Assembly (NCBI GenBank): GCA_000320545.1
Contig: ADNK01000140.1
Coordinates: 186,001-250,000, forward strand
Source: Bigelowiella natans CCMP2755
Taxonomy: Eukaryota > Protista > Cercozoa
Reading direction: 5' to 3'
DNA: 64,000 nucleotides
Positions 1-21,361 of the stretch are shown piece by piece. The notes below the pieces were generated by a model. The model saw only the letters and a list, made by a program, of their open reading frames with translations. It had not been told where the DNA came from and did no database searches. The stretch's first letter is position 1, and every line of letters starts with the position of its first letter. The position numbers were made by a program, and so were the translations under genes.

Positions 1-148
1 TGACGCGAACAACTAGAGCGCTGGAAAGCTTCTCGATATCTCTGTTCATCGTCTTCCCGCATGGCGTGGGGCAAGATATTTTAGTTTTATACAAATTTCG
101 TGGATCCCCTTTATCATTGTTCCCCCTTTCCCCCCGTCCCCGTGCTAA

Positions 149-2005
149 ATGTCAACAAGGGATCCATTCGGACATGGCGAACTCTTGGATCAGATCAGGG
201 AAAAACGGATGAAAAGTCTATCCTCTCTTTACAACTTCTCTGATGGAAGTAACTTGGAATCGACCATGGCTGTAATGCCTGGTAAAAGGCAGATGGGCCG
301 CCACCGGACAAACATAGCGGAGGGGGACATGCTTCATACATCTGCCAACGAGCTAGATTCTACTACTACCAACACCTCAACAACTCGTATCGCTAGCTTC
401 CAAACCCCTTTGCCCACAGCCCGCGACTTCGAAGTCAATGATTTTGTTATTGTTCCTGATAAGAGCCACAATCGGGACAATTGGGGCAAATATTTCGTGG
501 CTACGAAGTGGTATCGCAATTCTTCGGTGCGTCGAGAAGCGTTGCGATTAAAGCGAGAGAAGCAGAGACGAGAAATGATTTGCGCTCATGGGGATAGAAT
601 AGCAGTTGTAGCAAGAAATGCGGCAAGAAATTGCGCGAAAGCACCCACTTCTAGTGTTATTAGAGCGTATCTCCATCGAATTAGTCCCTCTGCATCCTCC
701 CACTCCTCCTCCTTCTCCTCATCCTCTTTATCCTCGTCCTCCTCCTACCATTTGAAGAATTGTATGTCTCCAACACGTCCGTGCAGCAGTTGGCATAAAT
801 CTGTTGCATCATTAGTTCCTTCTCCTTCTCAAAGTTATCCTATGAAGGCGAATGATAGAAAGATATCAAACAAAGTCCTTTTTACCAACGCTGGTAAGCT
901 CTGCATTGGGGAACCTGCTGTTTCTCACCGAAAATATACTGCCAGGCATCGTAGACCTGTATCTATGTCATCTGTTCGGTCAAAAGAGGTGCAGCAGCAG
1001 CAGCAGCAGCAGCATCGCTGTCCCGATAACAGCAATGAACCACTGCAAGGTTTCGCAGTCAAATCGACGATGAAATATTCGTCAAAGTCACCTATGTTGA
1101 GGGGAAGAATTGGTCATTATCAGACCGTGCCGATATCTAAACCGCTATCTCTACGCAGATTCCAACAAAGGAGAAGAAAACCAAGAGCATATTTAAAACA
1201 CGGTCGTGCGTCTCCTCCGGTGCCTAAGACACCGTCTGATTCGAGCCAAATAGATAAAGTGTCCGGCACTAGGCATTACCCATCTCTTTCGAGGGTCTCA
1301 TCTCTACACAAGACACCTCGATCAGATGATATGTACTCTCTGTTTCCCAGATGCAGCTCGAAGGGGAGCTCCTCAACCTTTCTTCCTATTACAGCACATT
1401 CCTTCTACATTGAAGATGGCAGACCGGAAGAAGGATCACCTGCTGCTGCTGCTGCTGCTGATGGTGGTGGTGGTGGCGAGAGCTCAATGCAGCAGGGTCC
1501 TGTAGACTGGTCGAAGCCGAGAGCCCTTGTCATGGGGAGGGGGAAAGGAGTTAGGGCGACGAAATTGCGCTCGATATTTCAAGGGTGTAGAATACAGAAG
1601 ATCGAGCCGTGCGACATAATCGGAGAGGGGTTTGCGTTCATTCTCACATTTTCTTCCCACACCTCGCTCGAAACAGCCTTAGACCGGGATGGAATTGTTT
1701 ATGATGGATGCCGTATCTCGGTTATAGATGATGCCATGATGCACCAGCCCGGCACAAGAGTCAGCCTAGAAGAGCTCGAAATGAAGGTCATGCAGCACAT
1801 TCATGAGCGGCAGCAAGATCAGCGAAGAGTTGAGACCCCCAACTCTGTGCAATCAAATAGCAGGGGAGGCAACAGAACCAGACTTGGCACGAATCATGTA
1901 AAAGTAGTCATACCGGGCGGCTTGCATCCTCGCACAACTTCTACAACAACAACAACTACTACTACTACTACTATGCCAAAATTAGATGTCTCAATACCCA
2001 GCTAG
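149..2005 (+). CDS. Hypothetical Ser/Arg-rich protein with a possible C-terminal RRM-like domain
   Basis: Uninterrupted 618-aa ORF, mostly low complexity. The segment RALVMGRGKGVRATKLRSIFQGCRIQKIEP...GFAFILTFSSHTSLETALDRDGIVYDGCRISV follows an RRM pattern (RNP1-like GFAFI). Confidence 0.6.
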   Translation: MSTRDPFGHGELLDQIREKRMKSLSSLYNFSDGSNLESTMAVMPGKRQMGRHRTNIAEGDMLHTSANELDSTTTNTSTTRIASFQTPLPTARDFEVNDFVIVPDKSHNRDNWGKYFVATKWYRNSSVRREALRLKREKQRREMICAHGDRIAVVARNAARNCAKAPTSSVIRAYLHRISPSASSHSSSFSSSSLSSSSSYHLKNCMSPTRPCSSWHKSVASLVPSPSQSYPMKANDRKISNKVLFTNAGKLCIGEPAVSHRKYTARHRRPVSMSSVRSKEVQQQQQQQHRCPDNSNEPLQGFAVKSTMKYSSKSPMLRGRIGHYQTVPISKPLSLRRFQQRRRKPRAYLKHGRASPPVPKTPSDSSQIDKVSGTRHYPSLSRVSSLHKTPRSDDMYSLFPRCSSKGSSSTFLPITAHSFYIEDGRPEEGSPAAAAAADGGGGGESSMQQGPVDWSKPRALVMGRGKGVRATKLRSIFQGCRIQKIEPCDIIGEGFAFILTFSSHTSLETALDRDGIVYDGCRISVIDDAMMHQPGTRVSLEELEMKVMQHIHERQQDQRRVETPNSVQSNSRGGNRTRLGTNHVKVVIPGGLHPRTTSTTTTTTTTTTMPKLDVSIPS

Positions 2006-3543
2006 AGGTTGATCCAACACCAAATGTAGTGATGACTACTGTGTTATCGCACTCATGATCCCCTGATGGTAATCCCCAGTGGGAGTTTCTGCTATTATCA
2101 CCGATGATGCAGCAAAAACTAGTAAAGTAAGCTCTGTACTATCGACTGCATCTTTCGCCCTTGGATAGAGACTGTGGACTTGAAAGCAAGCCCGGGATTC
2201 GATGTTAATTAGTTAAAAGCGGTGGTATAGTGTGTGCTAGTTCACCGCAAATAGTGCTACAACTGTTGCAACACGTTTGAAGCAGCAGCGACTTCATGGC
2301 ACATGTACACGTACTACTAGACAAGCGGAGCTATCTGTGATGTATATATGTGGTGAGAGCTAAACTAGGATGTCATGCACAGCTAGACAGCATGATCGAA
2401 GTCACAGCGATGTTCTTTCCATCGCATGCTGACCGGCAAACAGTCGATCGCAGTGTAGCGTGCATGCCAATGGCAACGCATGCACGGCCAGAGATTTGCA
2501 TGTGTATGTGGGTAGCAGCAAACAACAAATCCAGGCGGGCGCAAGTGCTGTTGTGATCTATATCACAACAATGATTGAGCAGCTATGTATACATGCATGT
2601 GCCATATGTGTCGCAAGGCAATTTGTTACGATACATAATACCACATGCCATCACAGCGCTACGCACTTTTCGTTCCGCGCACATGTACACGTGCCCAGCG
2701 AGATGGATGCTGCCTGCGCGGCACACGTTTCGTAATAACCACAAGGTGTTGCCATGCCTATGTGTGTGTGCGTGTGCGTCGTAGTTTATTACGTTCCCGG
2801 CGAAAGCATGGTTGCGTAGCATCGCCAAACACTACTGTAGATAGTTGGTAAACAATAGGCGGCGGGTGCGCTTATATTTAACGTGCTATGCTTGGGGTAA
2901 TAGCATATAATTGGTGACATCGAGCCTTAATTCAATGTCACTATCAACAATTAATCGATTTTAACAAAACTTAATCCTTTGGTTTCGAAACCTTGTTATC
3001 TTTGTTCAATTACGTTTACACCCCGGAAGATATGATCATATATAGTTTACACATTGTCTATTGTGAGGGGAGGCTATCGAAATGCATATGGAGGAGAGAA
3101 TCGCTCCCTTGACTGATGCGTATTAGTCCCCTATTAGTTGAATGTTGGGAAAAATGTGAAGGGCAAATTAGGAAAGAGTTTACAGAGGTATATTTACCTT
3201 TTTTTCCTTTCTGCTTTTGAGATTGCGAGCTTTCTTCTTCTCGGAATGCCGATGCCTGATGACACACCAATAAATTACACGGACGACTTTGCTCAAGAAG
3301 ATATCTTGGATGATGAAAATCAGAGCTACGACAAAATGTCACGAAGGCCTTCAACGTGGTAATGTCATTATTTTCTTCACTTCTTGTCATCGAAACAACA
3401 GTAAGGCGGCAATGAGTAAACAAAGAGCGCAGGGAAGGTGATGATAATGATAGTGGTGATAATGATAGTGGTGATATAGATACAGCGAAAGCTCTCATCA
3501 CGATGATATGTGACGTGGCTGCTTTTGTCTACTGCTTCGGTAG

Positions 3544-11417
<7,874 letters not shown>

Positions 11418-11507
11418 CGATCGAAGGGGGGCGATTTAGTAGAGCGATAGTAACAACTCATTATCAGCCTTCGTCTCCTCGTTTTTCACTCTTCCCCTTC
11501 TCATCAG

Positions 11508-11945
11508 GGTCAAGGAAGCACGGAGAGGGAGGGAGCAGGAGGGAAGAAGTTTAGGTTTCATATTCCTGTCGGGACCTCATATGTGGACTACATCAGGAGA
11601 TATCTTGTCAATAAGAAAAAGGACGAATTTGAGTACGTTGGTACGTGCCTTTTCTTTGCTATGGATTTATTGTAGTCGTCGTTAGAATTATGGGCAACGA
11701 TACTCTACAACAATCTCTATCTCACTGGCATTCGCAATGCTATTCCGTTATCGCATGTACCGGGTCTTGCATTCTTACAGAAAACGTTGATAATGAGACT
11801 TCGTTGGACTACTACGATATTAACGGAAACAATCGGTACCATTTCCACGAGCTTACGCACGCCCCCCCCCCTCTCTCTATATTTCTCCCTCTCTCTCTTG
11901 AACTGTCTTTCTCTCTTTTATATATGTATATTGTGCAAAGAGAGA

Positions 11946-11988
<43 letters not shown>

Positions 11989-12233
11989 CTACATGATTGT
12001 TATTAAGTAATATGCACTTAACATAGGAAAACGATGAGGGGCCTCATCGCAAATAGGATGTTCGACAAGAGGCACCTGTAAGTAGAAACTGCAAGTAGAC
12101 AACTCATGGGGAGCTCTACTCCTACGATATACCCATACATATACACAACCAGCGTTCGGGCGTCACGTGAGGGATCATCCACTGTTGTTGTGATCGATAT
12201 TGTGCTGCTACGATGTCTTGTGTGCTGTTGCAA

Positions 12234-12269
<36 letters not shown>

Positions 12270-13753
12270 CGTCGTTCACAATACAGGTGCCAAAAGCATC
12301 GCTTGGCCGAGCATCTGTGCGGGTACGAAAAGAAAGGGAGTAGATATGATGATACACACGATTCAAACGAAGAGATTTGAAGAGCAGTCCTCTTATGTTA
12401 TGCCATCCTCCTCCTCCTCCTCCTCATCCTCCTCCCCTCATTATCTTCTTTTTTCCTTTTTGCGGATATAAAGCAACAAGTCAGGTACTGGCATATAGCA
12501 TCATCATCCTCATCCTCATCCTTCTCCTCCCCCTGTAGGTACCAGAACGACTTCGTACCTGAAACAGCCATTATCCGTAAAGGGGTGTGGACTCAGGTCA
12601 TACTAGCTACTACTACAATTACTACCACTACTCTACTTCCTCTTGTCACCGCTGCAACTGCTGCGAAGATGAATCATATCAAACAAATTAAAATCGAGGA
12701 GGGAGAAATTAATCGTGAAACAAATGAAGTTATGAGATCCAGCGACCATTGACACAATTCATAGAAGTCAGCTCTAGTACCTCTTTCAATTATGACTTCG
12801 GCGAGAACTATTGTCACCAGCAGCTCTTCGTATTGTTTCATGCTTGCATCTTCGCCGTTCTGTGGTGGATGGGTATCCATGCAGTAGCATCATGAGAAAT
12901 GCTCCTCTCTCTTCCTCTGGTAGGTACCCCGTGATTTCTTCCGAAAAGCCAATACAACACAGGTACTCTCTGTCATTCGCTTTCACCACTCCCTTCAAAT
13001 CCCGATCTCTTATAATACATGATGCCACCATTGCTGTATGGGCGTGCTTGCATGTTTATGCGCTGTGCTACCCTCTTAGGGGCGACGTTCGGTTTTTTTC
13101 TTGAAAGACTCCCATAGAGATAATGGCAAGGGGTAAATACCAAACGTGCTGCTGCCACCGTGTTTGTTTATTCACATACGATGAAGAATGGATCACTACA
13201 ATATAGATTATGACTAGGTGGGGGAGGAGAATTCAGTATGTAATATGCACTGATATACTTCACAATAGGGTGCGTGTGAGCTTGGGTATATCCTCATCGC
13301 TCCTTTCAAAGATTGATAAGAAGCGCACGTATGTGCTGCAGAGGTGGTGATAGTAGTAGCAGCAGCAGCAGCAGTAGTAGAAATACGGAATATCTCTTCG
13401 TTGCAGTGCCATCTAGGTAGGAGGGGGGGGAGAGGATACGGAGAGGGATCATCGGTTAGAAGACATTTGAATATAAGAAATAAGTGCTTCTCTCATACAG
13501 ACATGTTGATAATGTTATGCTCTGGGAGTCCGCATATAAGGTACTGTAAGGTACTAGTAGATCAGATTAACGGGAGATTTGGTCAAGTAGCAGTAGTAAG
13601 TACAGTAATAGTAGCAGCAGTAGCAGATGATATCAAAGGGAAAGCATCATTGCAGCAGCTATTGTTTCAGTAGTAATTACTATTAAAGGAAGTATGGATG
13701 TGTGAAGGCCCTCACAATTCTAAGATATTCAATACAACTTCTGTCTCCCTCTT

Positions 13754-13791
<38 letters not shown>

Positions 13792-14466
13792 TTCTCTCTC
13801 CCTCCCACGGTACAGTTTGATCTGAGGATGTTTTCACTGTACAGTTTGATCTGAGGATGTTTTCACTGGCTGTGTTTCGACCTGGAGAAAAGCCTAAGTT
13901 CTACATCTATCCCCATGGATACTGCCGTGTAAATCCTACAAAATGGGAGCGCGACACAGCTAAGAAGGTATTTTCCGTGAAACTGTTGTAGAAATCCATC
14001 CATTCGTGCTCCTCAAAGGCAGTCTATAGATCAAACGACATTCTGATGAGATATGCTAATTAGCTTTGTCCTACGACGCTGCTGTAGCTGTGTCGCAGAA
14101 TCAAATCTAGTGCCTCGATTTTGACATTCACCATATACATCTGACCGAGCAATGACCAATGATATCTTATCACGTTGGCTGCTTAGATATTCATCCAATC
14201 GCCATCATCATCATCATCATCATCATCGTCATCGTCATCATCATTGTCTTCGTTGATTGGGCTTTATGTAAACAAATTGGTTGCTCGTTATTACTCTTTC
14301 TTAGTCTTTGCAAATAACAAACGTGTCCTTCTTCAAACGGCAGAACAGCAGTAAGTTAGACGAAGACAGAGAGAGGGAGGGAGGATAGAGAAATGATATC
14401 ATGTTTTATCATCCCCGAAGACTGGGTCGTTTCTTTGATTCCCTCTCTCTTCTCTCTCTCTCCCTC

Positions 14467-14505
<39 letters not shown>

Positions 14506-14867
14506 TGTAGGGAGGGAGAAGGGGTGAGCCAGCACGTTTGCAGATGATTGATTCACTCCATTTTAGCACAGCCGTGGGGGGGGTGGCGAGTACATTTTAT
14601 CTTCATTTATTGTACAACAACAACAACAACTAGGTTATTTGTTGGTCCCAACTGCAAACTTCACCGGATTTATGCCATGGTAATAATAGCCTTATAGCTG
14701 TACTGTATTATCCCGAGTACAATGACATCAGCATCATCAGCATCATCAGCATTTTCGCAGTTGTCATTTCTTTGCTTCAAGCCAATTCTTCTCTTCTTCT
14801 TCTTCTTCTTCTGCTTCTTCTTCTCCTTTATCGCTAATGCCGTATTCTCTGCAACTGCAACTGTCAC

Positions 14868-14906
<39 letters not shown>

Positions 14907-14988
14907 CATATTCCAGCATCTACGAGAGAATTAAGCGGGCAATCGCGCTTTCCTGTATTAAGGTTAGATGAGAACCCTACTACCTTAG

Positions 14989-15022
<34 letters not shown>

Positions 15023-15097
15023 GTTGCGACTAGTGATAGAGATATCTAATCCTAGACACAAGAGGCAATGCATTCGCAGAATCGGAAAAACAGGTAT

Positions 15098-15129
<32 letters not shown>

Positions 15130-15312
15130 GTATATCATCACTTGGTAGGAAGGAAAAAGTATAGAAGAGCCTACTGCAACCCTTAATAGCATTGCATGTT
15201 CAGCAACCATCAACGATATGATGTAACAACTATACTCTGTGGTGTTTGAAAGAAGAGCCTGCTCATTCACATAATTTATATATTCTATGTGTGTGCGTGT
15301 GCGTGTGTGTGT

Positions 15313-15344
<32 letters not shown>

Positions 15345-16100
15345 ACTGGACTTCTTCGCTCTATACACTCATCAAGGCATTGCGGTTACCAGCTCTTCGC
15401 CTTCGACTTCCTCATCGATAATGACCAAAAGCCGTGGCTCTTGGAGGTATTATACTGATTGCTCTCGATTCCAGATGTGATATATCGTTGGCGCTGCTCA
15501 TCACCTAGAAACATCATGAAAGTTGAATGCTTGAGGGACACATATTGCAGGTCAATGCTTCACCTGGATGCTCTCGAAACCGGCGTCCACAAAGCATGGT
15601 GGACACTCTGCAAGAGATGTTTGACCAGGTACTTACATGTTCACATATCTTACATGCAGTAGTCCTGGTATGAGTCAATGATGCTTCAGTTTGCAAACAT
15701 CCAAATTCTCTCTCTTGCATCATCATCACATCGTACGCCGTTGCCCCTTGTTTTGCTGCTTTTCCTCGTTCCCACCCCTACAAGCTCGCAGAAGTCGCAA
15801 TTGTGCCTTTGCTAAATTCTACCAGGGAAATAAAGTATGTTCCTTAGAGAAGAAGAAGAAGCAGAAGGAGAAGGAGATGGGGGAGGAGGAAGTTTGCTAG
15901 AAATGTCATATTGCGATTTGCAGTGTCATATCCTTCTCATGATCTCTTTTTGGAACTTACGATGCCTGTTACAACTTCCACTGCTACTACTACCACTACT
16001 ACTGAGCACATCCACACACACACCACCATCCATTATGCTTGTTAGATTAGGAGCCTGGGAACTGTTGGATACTCGTGCAAAGGGGGATGATATAGATTAG
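11508..16100 (+). CDS. Tubulin-tyrosine ligase family (TTL/TTLL) protein, multi-exon; first exon not located
   Basis: Spliced exons give TTL motifs in order: FVPETAII (~12550), FFLKDSHRDNGKG/VRV (~13081-13280), TYVLQR/HVDNVMLWESAYK/FDLRMFSLAVF...FYIYPHGYCR (~13845-13965), LQITNVS (~14305), CGYQLFAFDFLIDNDQKPWLLE/VNASPG (~15380-15570). Stop at 16100. Confidence 0.85.
13810..13867 (+). repeat. Perfect 29-bp tandem duplication spanning a splice acceptor
   Basis: GTACAGTTTGATCTGAGGATGTTTTCACT occurs at 13810-13838 and 13839-13867. Confidence 0.95.
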
Positions 16101-16204
16101 AGACTTCTCTAGTAAGAAAAGCATGGCTTTTGCGCAGATGAGCTACTTCGCACAAAATTTAGTCTATTTACATTGATTGAATGAGAATTTAATGATTTGT
16201 TACA

Positions 16205-16241
<37 letters not shown>

Positions 16242-17475
16242 TGGATCATATGTGCATGCCCGCAGTAGTCGTTTTATCAATACATTATTGATAACACAGG
16301 AGTAGTAGTAGTAGTAGTAGTAAAGCAAATGTATAACATATCACCAGAGTGATGACACATGGATGTACATAAAATTACACTACGGCCACATCAAATTTGT
16401 CAGATAGTAGAGTCATTGTGTTTATTGTGAGCATGATATTGTTCCTCAAATGCATCTTCGCGTTGGAGGTTACCGTTGATGCTAGATTTCTGTCGTAACT
16501 TGAGCTACATACTAGACACGTATACGTGCGCGTCAGCATAATATTAATACATCATCCCTTATGCATACCATATTTCAAAGAACTAAGCATAGGTATGCTA
16601 AGTGGTTTCAGCGTAGGTGTACGTACTCGTACGATACTTTTGAGTGGGCAGCATGCAAATAAAGCACAACCATCCCAGCCAGCCCCGCTCTAGTATAGAT
16701 ACAGAAAAATTATCTTAAGGCAAGCGCGACGCGCGTATGAGATGGATGGTATCTAGTTATGAATATATTTTTTTTCAATACTCATCCTAATGTGCGTAGC
16801 TATGCAAAGCTGCGGCTACTGCGCTTAAATTGCGTGTCTACATGTCTAGCATAGGATGACAATAAAGCTTTTGACTAATGCGATCGCATCGCGTGCCGCT
16901 GCTGCATGAAGTGCGTTTGCCCAATGCTTTGACGGAAGTGCACACGCGCATGTAATAATAATGAGACTAGTGGCGCTCACTATGGCAGTGTTTTTTAGTA
17001 ACGTACTAGCCTGTATCGTCAAAATGCACGCGGTGTCGAATAATAGCATTCTATATCAGACATACATGCATTGCATGGAATGCATTTGTACGTACAACGG
17101 TCAAAATCAACGCTATAGCTAGTGCTCATAACTAGATCATACGCATGCACGCAGGACGCATGCACGCAATAACAGAAGTGCGAAAAAATGATACTACAAG
17201 CACGAGAGAATTACGCTACTATGAAAATATACTAGACGTGAGTCACTGAGTTTACACATGCCACACATAGCTGCAACACATATATAACTGCTAATATGCG
17301 AAGCACCTATCTTGCTGTGCGTCACAACTGATGTTGTATTACTCAATAAAATCGGTACTACAGCGGCTCTCATCCAAGCAGCAGCAGCAGCAGCAGCTAA
17401 CCAATCGACATTCCATCCTCCCTTCCACCGCAAAGCATTCGCACATATATGATGGTCCTGCTGCAAGGAGAGCCA

Positions 17476-18166
17476 TCAGAAGTCCACAGTTTCCTTAATG
17501 GCGGTAAGATTCTTCAAGGCGTCTGGGATGTGGATCTTTTCAAACACCAGGGGCGAAGGGGGTATATCGTATCCGCATATTCTCTTGATCGGAGCTTCAA
17601 GGTGCTCGAAGCATCGTTCCTGGATCTTATTAGACACCAAACAGGCAATGGCGGCGACGGCGACGATGACGCATTTGAAATCACTGTGTCAGTATGATGC
17701 CTCATAAACACATGACGAAAAGGGAATGGATGGTTTGAAGGTGGGTGGGTTGGGACATAGGAATTGAATTGAGACAGCTACAAACACGATAGAGAATGTG
17801 AAAAGAGCTTTTATTAATATATGAATACGAGGAAGGGAAGGATGTGCTACTACTACTACTACTACTACTACTACTTTTGCAGAGAGTTCTGCACCCCAAC
17901 CGCCAGTGACAGCGGCTTCGTGGCCTATTATTACTCGACCAGTCTTCTTAACCGATGTCTATTTCACAAGAAGACGAAGTGTGTGTGTGTGTGTGTCGTA
18001 TTGTGTTGGAAAGAGAGGGGTTGCAAAAGGGGGGAGGGACAAGGGCACAGCTCCTTACTATACTGATGTTTGGCTAACAGGAAATAAGGCGTCGATGGAC
18101 TTTACAGCGAAAGAAGGCGGGGGCACATATGCACGTAATTTTTACAAAAACAAACGCACACAGACA

Positions 18167-18215
<49 letters not shown>

Positions 18216-18740
18216 CTCAAGAGTGTCAATATCGTAAGGATACAGCGTTTGCAAATCAATAAGCTCACACGAATCTGCGAGGGGGAGTAGCATGTAGAAA
18301 AGTGAATAAAGTGTTACATCAAGATGCATGTGCATATGTGTGTACAGAAGGTGAGAGACAAAAGAGAGGGGAAGGGGGGGGGGGGGGGAGAAAGAGAGGA
18401 ATAGTGTCAAAAATTGAGAGGGAGATGGATATGTGTTTCTACTACTACTACTACTGTAGTGTGGCTTTTCATACATCCTTCATCAGCTGCAAGATCACAT
18501 GCAGCCTCTAGGATCTTCAGCTGGGAACCCCATCCTATAAGCGTCACATCAGTGCCTTCGCGCAACACCTCTGCCTTTCCTAGAGGTACCATGTAATCTC
18601 CCTCGGGTACCTAATAGTCAGTCATCGGTCGGTCAGTCATCATCAACATCTTGACTCTCTCATTACTGTCAATATACACGCAACATCAATCACAACTATA
18701 TTGACTGCTACACAAGTAAGCTCACCAACAGGGGCATAAT

Positions 18741-18771
<31 letters not shown>

Positions 18772-19692
18772 AGCATTTCACCTCTTCCACGGCTGATCGG
18801 TATAGAATCTTCGGCTCGAAGAAGATGCAGGGATTCTTATCACGAATGCAGGAAAGGAGCAGCCCCTTGGCCTGGATGGGCCCCCTCGGTATCACAACCT
18901 ATGATGGTAGAGATGACAACAACAAGAAAGATATCAAGAGTGCTTATCCATCAAATAATAACCCCACATACATTAACATAATTCATGAGCTCGCTCGCCT
19001 ACCCTAATTCGCTGCCATTGCGGTCAAAACTTCCCCAATATCATTCACGCCTTCAGCACAGTTTTAGATGCTTATGTCTCTTTGCATCACTGTGACTATT
19101 ATTGACACTATTTGTTCTTCTTATTTATCACAGTCCTCTCATCTTCCTCGACGACCTTAACTCCAGGCTGACAATACGCCGCTTCAGGAGATTGAGAATG
19201 ATAAAATCCTCCATGGCCCACTACACCGTAAGGCGTTCGAATAGTCAATCCACCGCACTGAATAAGGCCGAGCACGATTATGAGGATGCAATGGTATGAT
19301 GATCGTAATCAAACTATTAAAGTCACGATGCAAAGCAAAAACATCGATGTATCATCCTGTAACTCCATGTCGGATTTCGGGACAAAAACCCTCGTTACTT
19401 CTACGAGTACCGAAGATTGATTTCCCAGAGCGAGGGAAAAACTATTTTGAAATATATAGCTTCGGTGGTGTCGTTCATTCATTATAACTTGTGTCTATAG
19501 TACATTTATATAATATATATATGGCTAAGGCGTTGACCTCAAATTGAGAGCCCGACCTATAGCGCATCTTGGAGGCCTCATTTACAATCTACCGAACACA
19601 CACATACACACAGCACATTGTTGGACAATTAGTTACTTTGCCTTTATCCGATACCTCTTCTTCTCTATTCCTTTCTTCCTTTCTCTGTTTCT

Positions 19693-19743
<51 letters not shown>

Positions 19744-20152
19744 TCGTTCACCTGGTCGAATGCTGGATGAATATAGTCAGCAAACTGAATCTCTGCTATG
19801 GCCGTGTGTCCAACACTGCACATTCCGGTTGCGAAACCGACAATACCTTGCTCAGTCAGCGGAGTGTTGAATACCCTGTCATTTCCTGTGTTATGAAAAG
19901 ATGGTGGGGGGAGGAAGATAAGGATAGTGAGCACATACCACGTCACACACTCGAGTTATAGGAGAAATGAGATGAGTGTCATACCAAATTTATCGACAAG
20001 TCCCAGAGTACAGCGGAAAACACCTCCAAACTTCACATCTTCACCCATGACTACAGCCTGCCCAGCAGCCAGATATGGAAGAAGACGGAGCATACGTACA
20101 AAGAGGGATACGAAGAAGCTCAGAGGATAAATGCGCGCATGTTTATAAATAA

Positions 20153-20200
<48 letters not shown>

Positions 20201-20603
20201 TAAATGCCTTGTCGTCGGTTTCCATGGCGATTGACAGTGCATCGTTAATGGCGGTGAAAAGGTTGATTTTCTTAGTCGCGGCTGATGTTGAGAAGCTGCG
20301 GGTAAACGCCTAATGATGCAATTAGACACGCATACCATAAAGCTGTTCAGTAATAAGCAGAGGCAACGAAGAATTAAACCCAATGCAAGGATGATATATT
20401 TGCAATAACGATCTACTTAAATATCAAGGACATAATCTCTTTATCATGTGAATCTGCAGCAACTAATCCTTGCTGCGCTCAAGAGAAGTAAGATACCCAC
20501 CGCACACGACACCATGGGTAGGAAATCACGTTTTGAGAAATTGTACAACCTTCTTGGTTGCACAGAATCTGAGCCTGCGCGCGAAGCTGTTGGCGACAAT
20601 CAT
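17476..20603 (-). CDS. BCKDHB: Branched-chain alpha-keto acid (2-oxoisovalerate) dehydrogenase E1 beta subunit, mitochondrial
   Basis: Exons assemble to [18 protein letters not shown] (presequence-like) / [34 protein letters not shown] / [17 protein letters not shown] / [17 protein letters not shown]...[16 protein letters not shown] / [13 protein letters not shown] / [26 protein letters not shown] / [30 protein letters not shown] / [14 protein letters not shown] / [16 protein letters not shown]...TVDF*. Confidence 0.95.
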
Positions 20604-21361
20604 TGGAGTCTTGCAAGCAACAGCTGAGTGCAATAAGCGCCTTCTATTTTTTTTAATTTGGGAAGCCAGAGGGGGGGCAACGTTTTTGGTTCAAAGTTGT
20701 CCACCCTTTAATCTGGGAGCCCCGCTTTGATTCAGGGGAGGAGGCGCTGAGGCTGGAGCTTGGGCCGGGCAGGGATGATGGTGGCAGCCGATCTATCGTC
20801 TACGTGGAAAGAATCTCAAGCTCCTCCAGGCAGAAATGTTCACTAATCCTATCCTGCGACAATGAGAAAAGCCCTATTTCCGTTGAATTTCCGCTAATTT
20901 GGTGATCCAGAGAATCCTTGGCGGCGCGTCGATCCCGTGGACCGCTTTTTGGTTGGAATCTACTCCTGACTGTGCACATGGGACTACTTCGTCATCAGAC
21001 CTCGCAACAATTACAACAATGCCGAGAAGGAAACAATGAGAAGTTGTAACCGAATAGCGAAAACTTGCTGCTTTCTCCCACAGACCATTGCAATTGTTGC
21101 AAGCTGCAATTGCAACAAGCTTTGACGCAGATAAAAACCGCATTGATTATTACCTGACGACATTATTTCAGGTGGTGAAATGCCAAATGACTTTTCCTGC
21201 GTCAAAGCCTCAGGCCATAATTAGACCAAAAATGTAGGTCATTTAATATTTAGTCACATCATCCGAGCTTAAGTAGTTAAGTATGAAGTATTCGAGTATC
21301 CGAGTATTCTCAGCAGCCCTCCCCCTCAGAACTCATTGCTATTTCTTAGGTAAGAGACCAA

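Noticed and set aside
3088-3362. Possible small + strand gene ending DDENQSYDKMSRRPSTW
   Set aside because: It looks coding-like, but I could not build a consistent start and splice model or recognise a domain.
12674-13158. Nested antisense gene inside the TTL gene
   Set aside because: The + strand here carries a required TTL exon (FFLKDSHRDNGKG, ~13081-13132), and the minus ORFs are short with no motifs.
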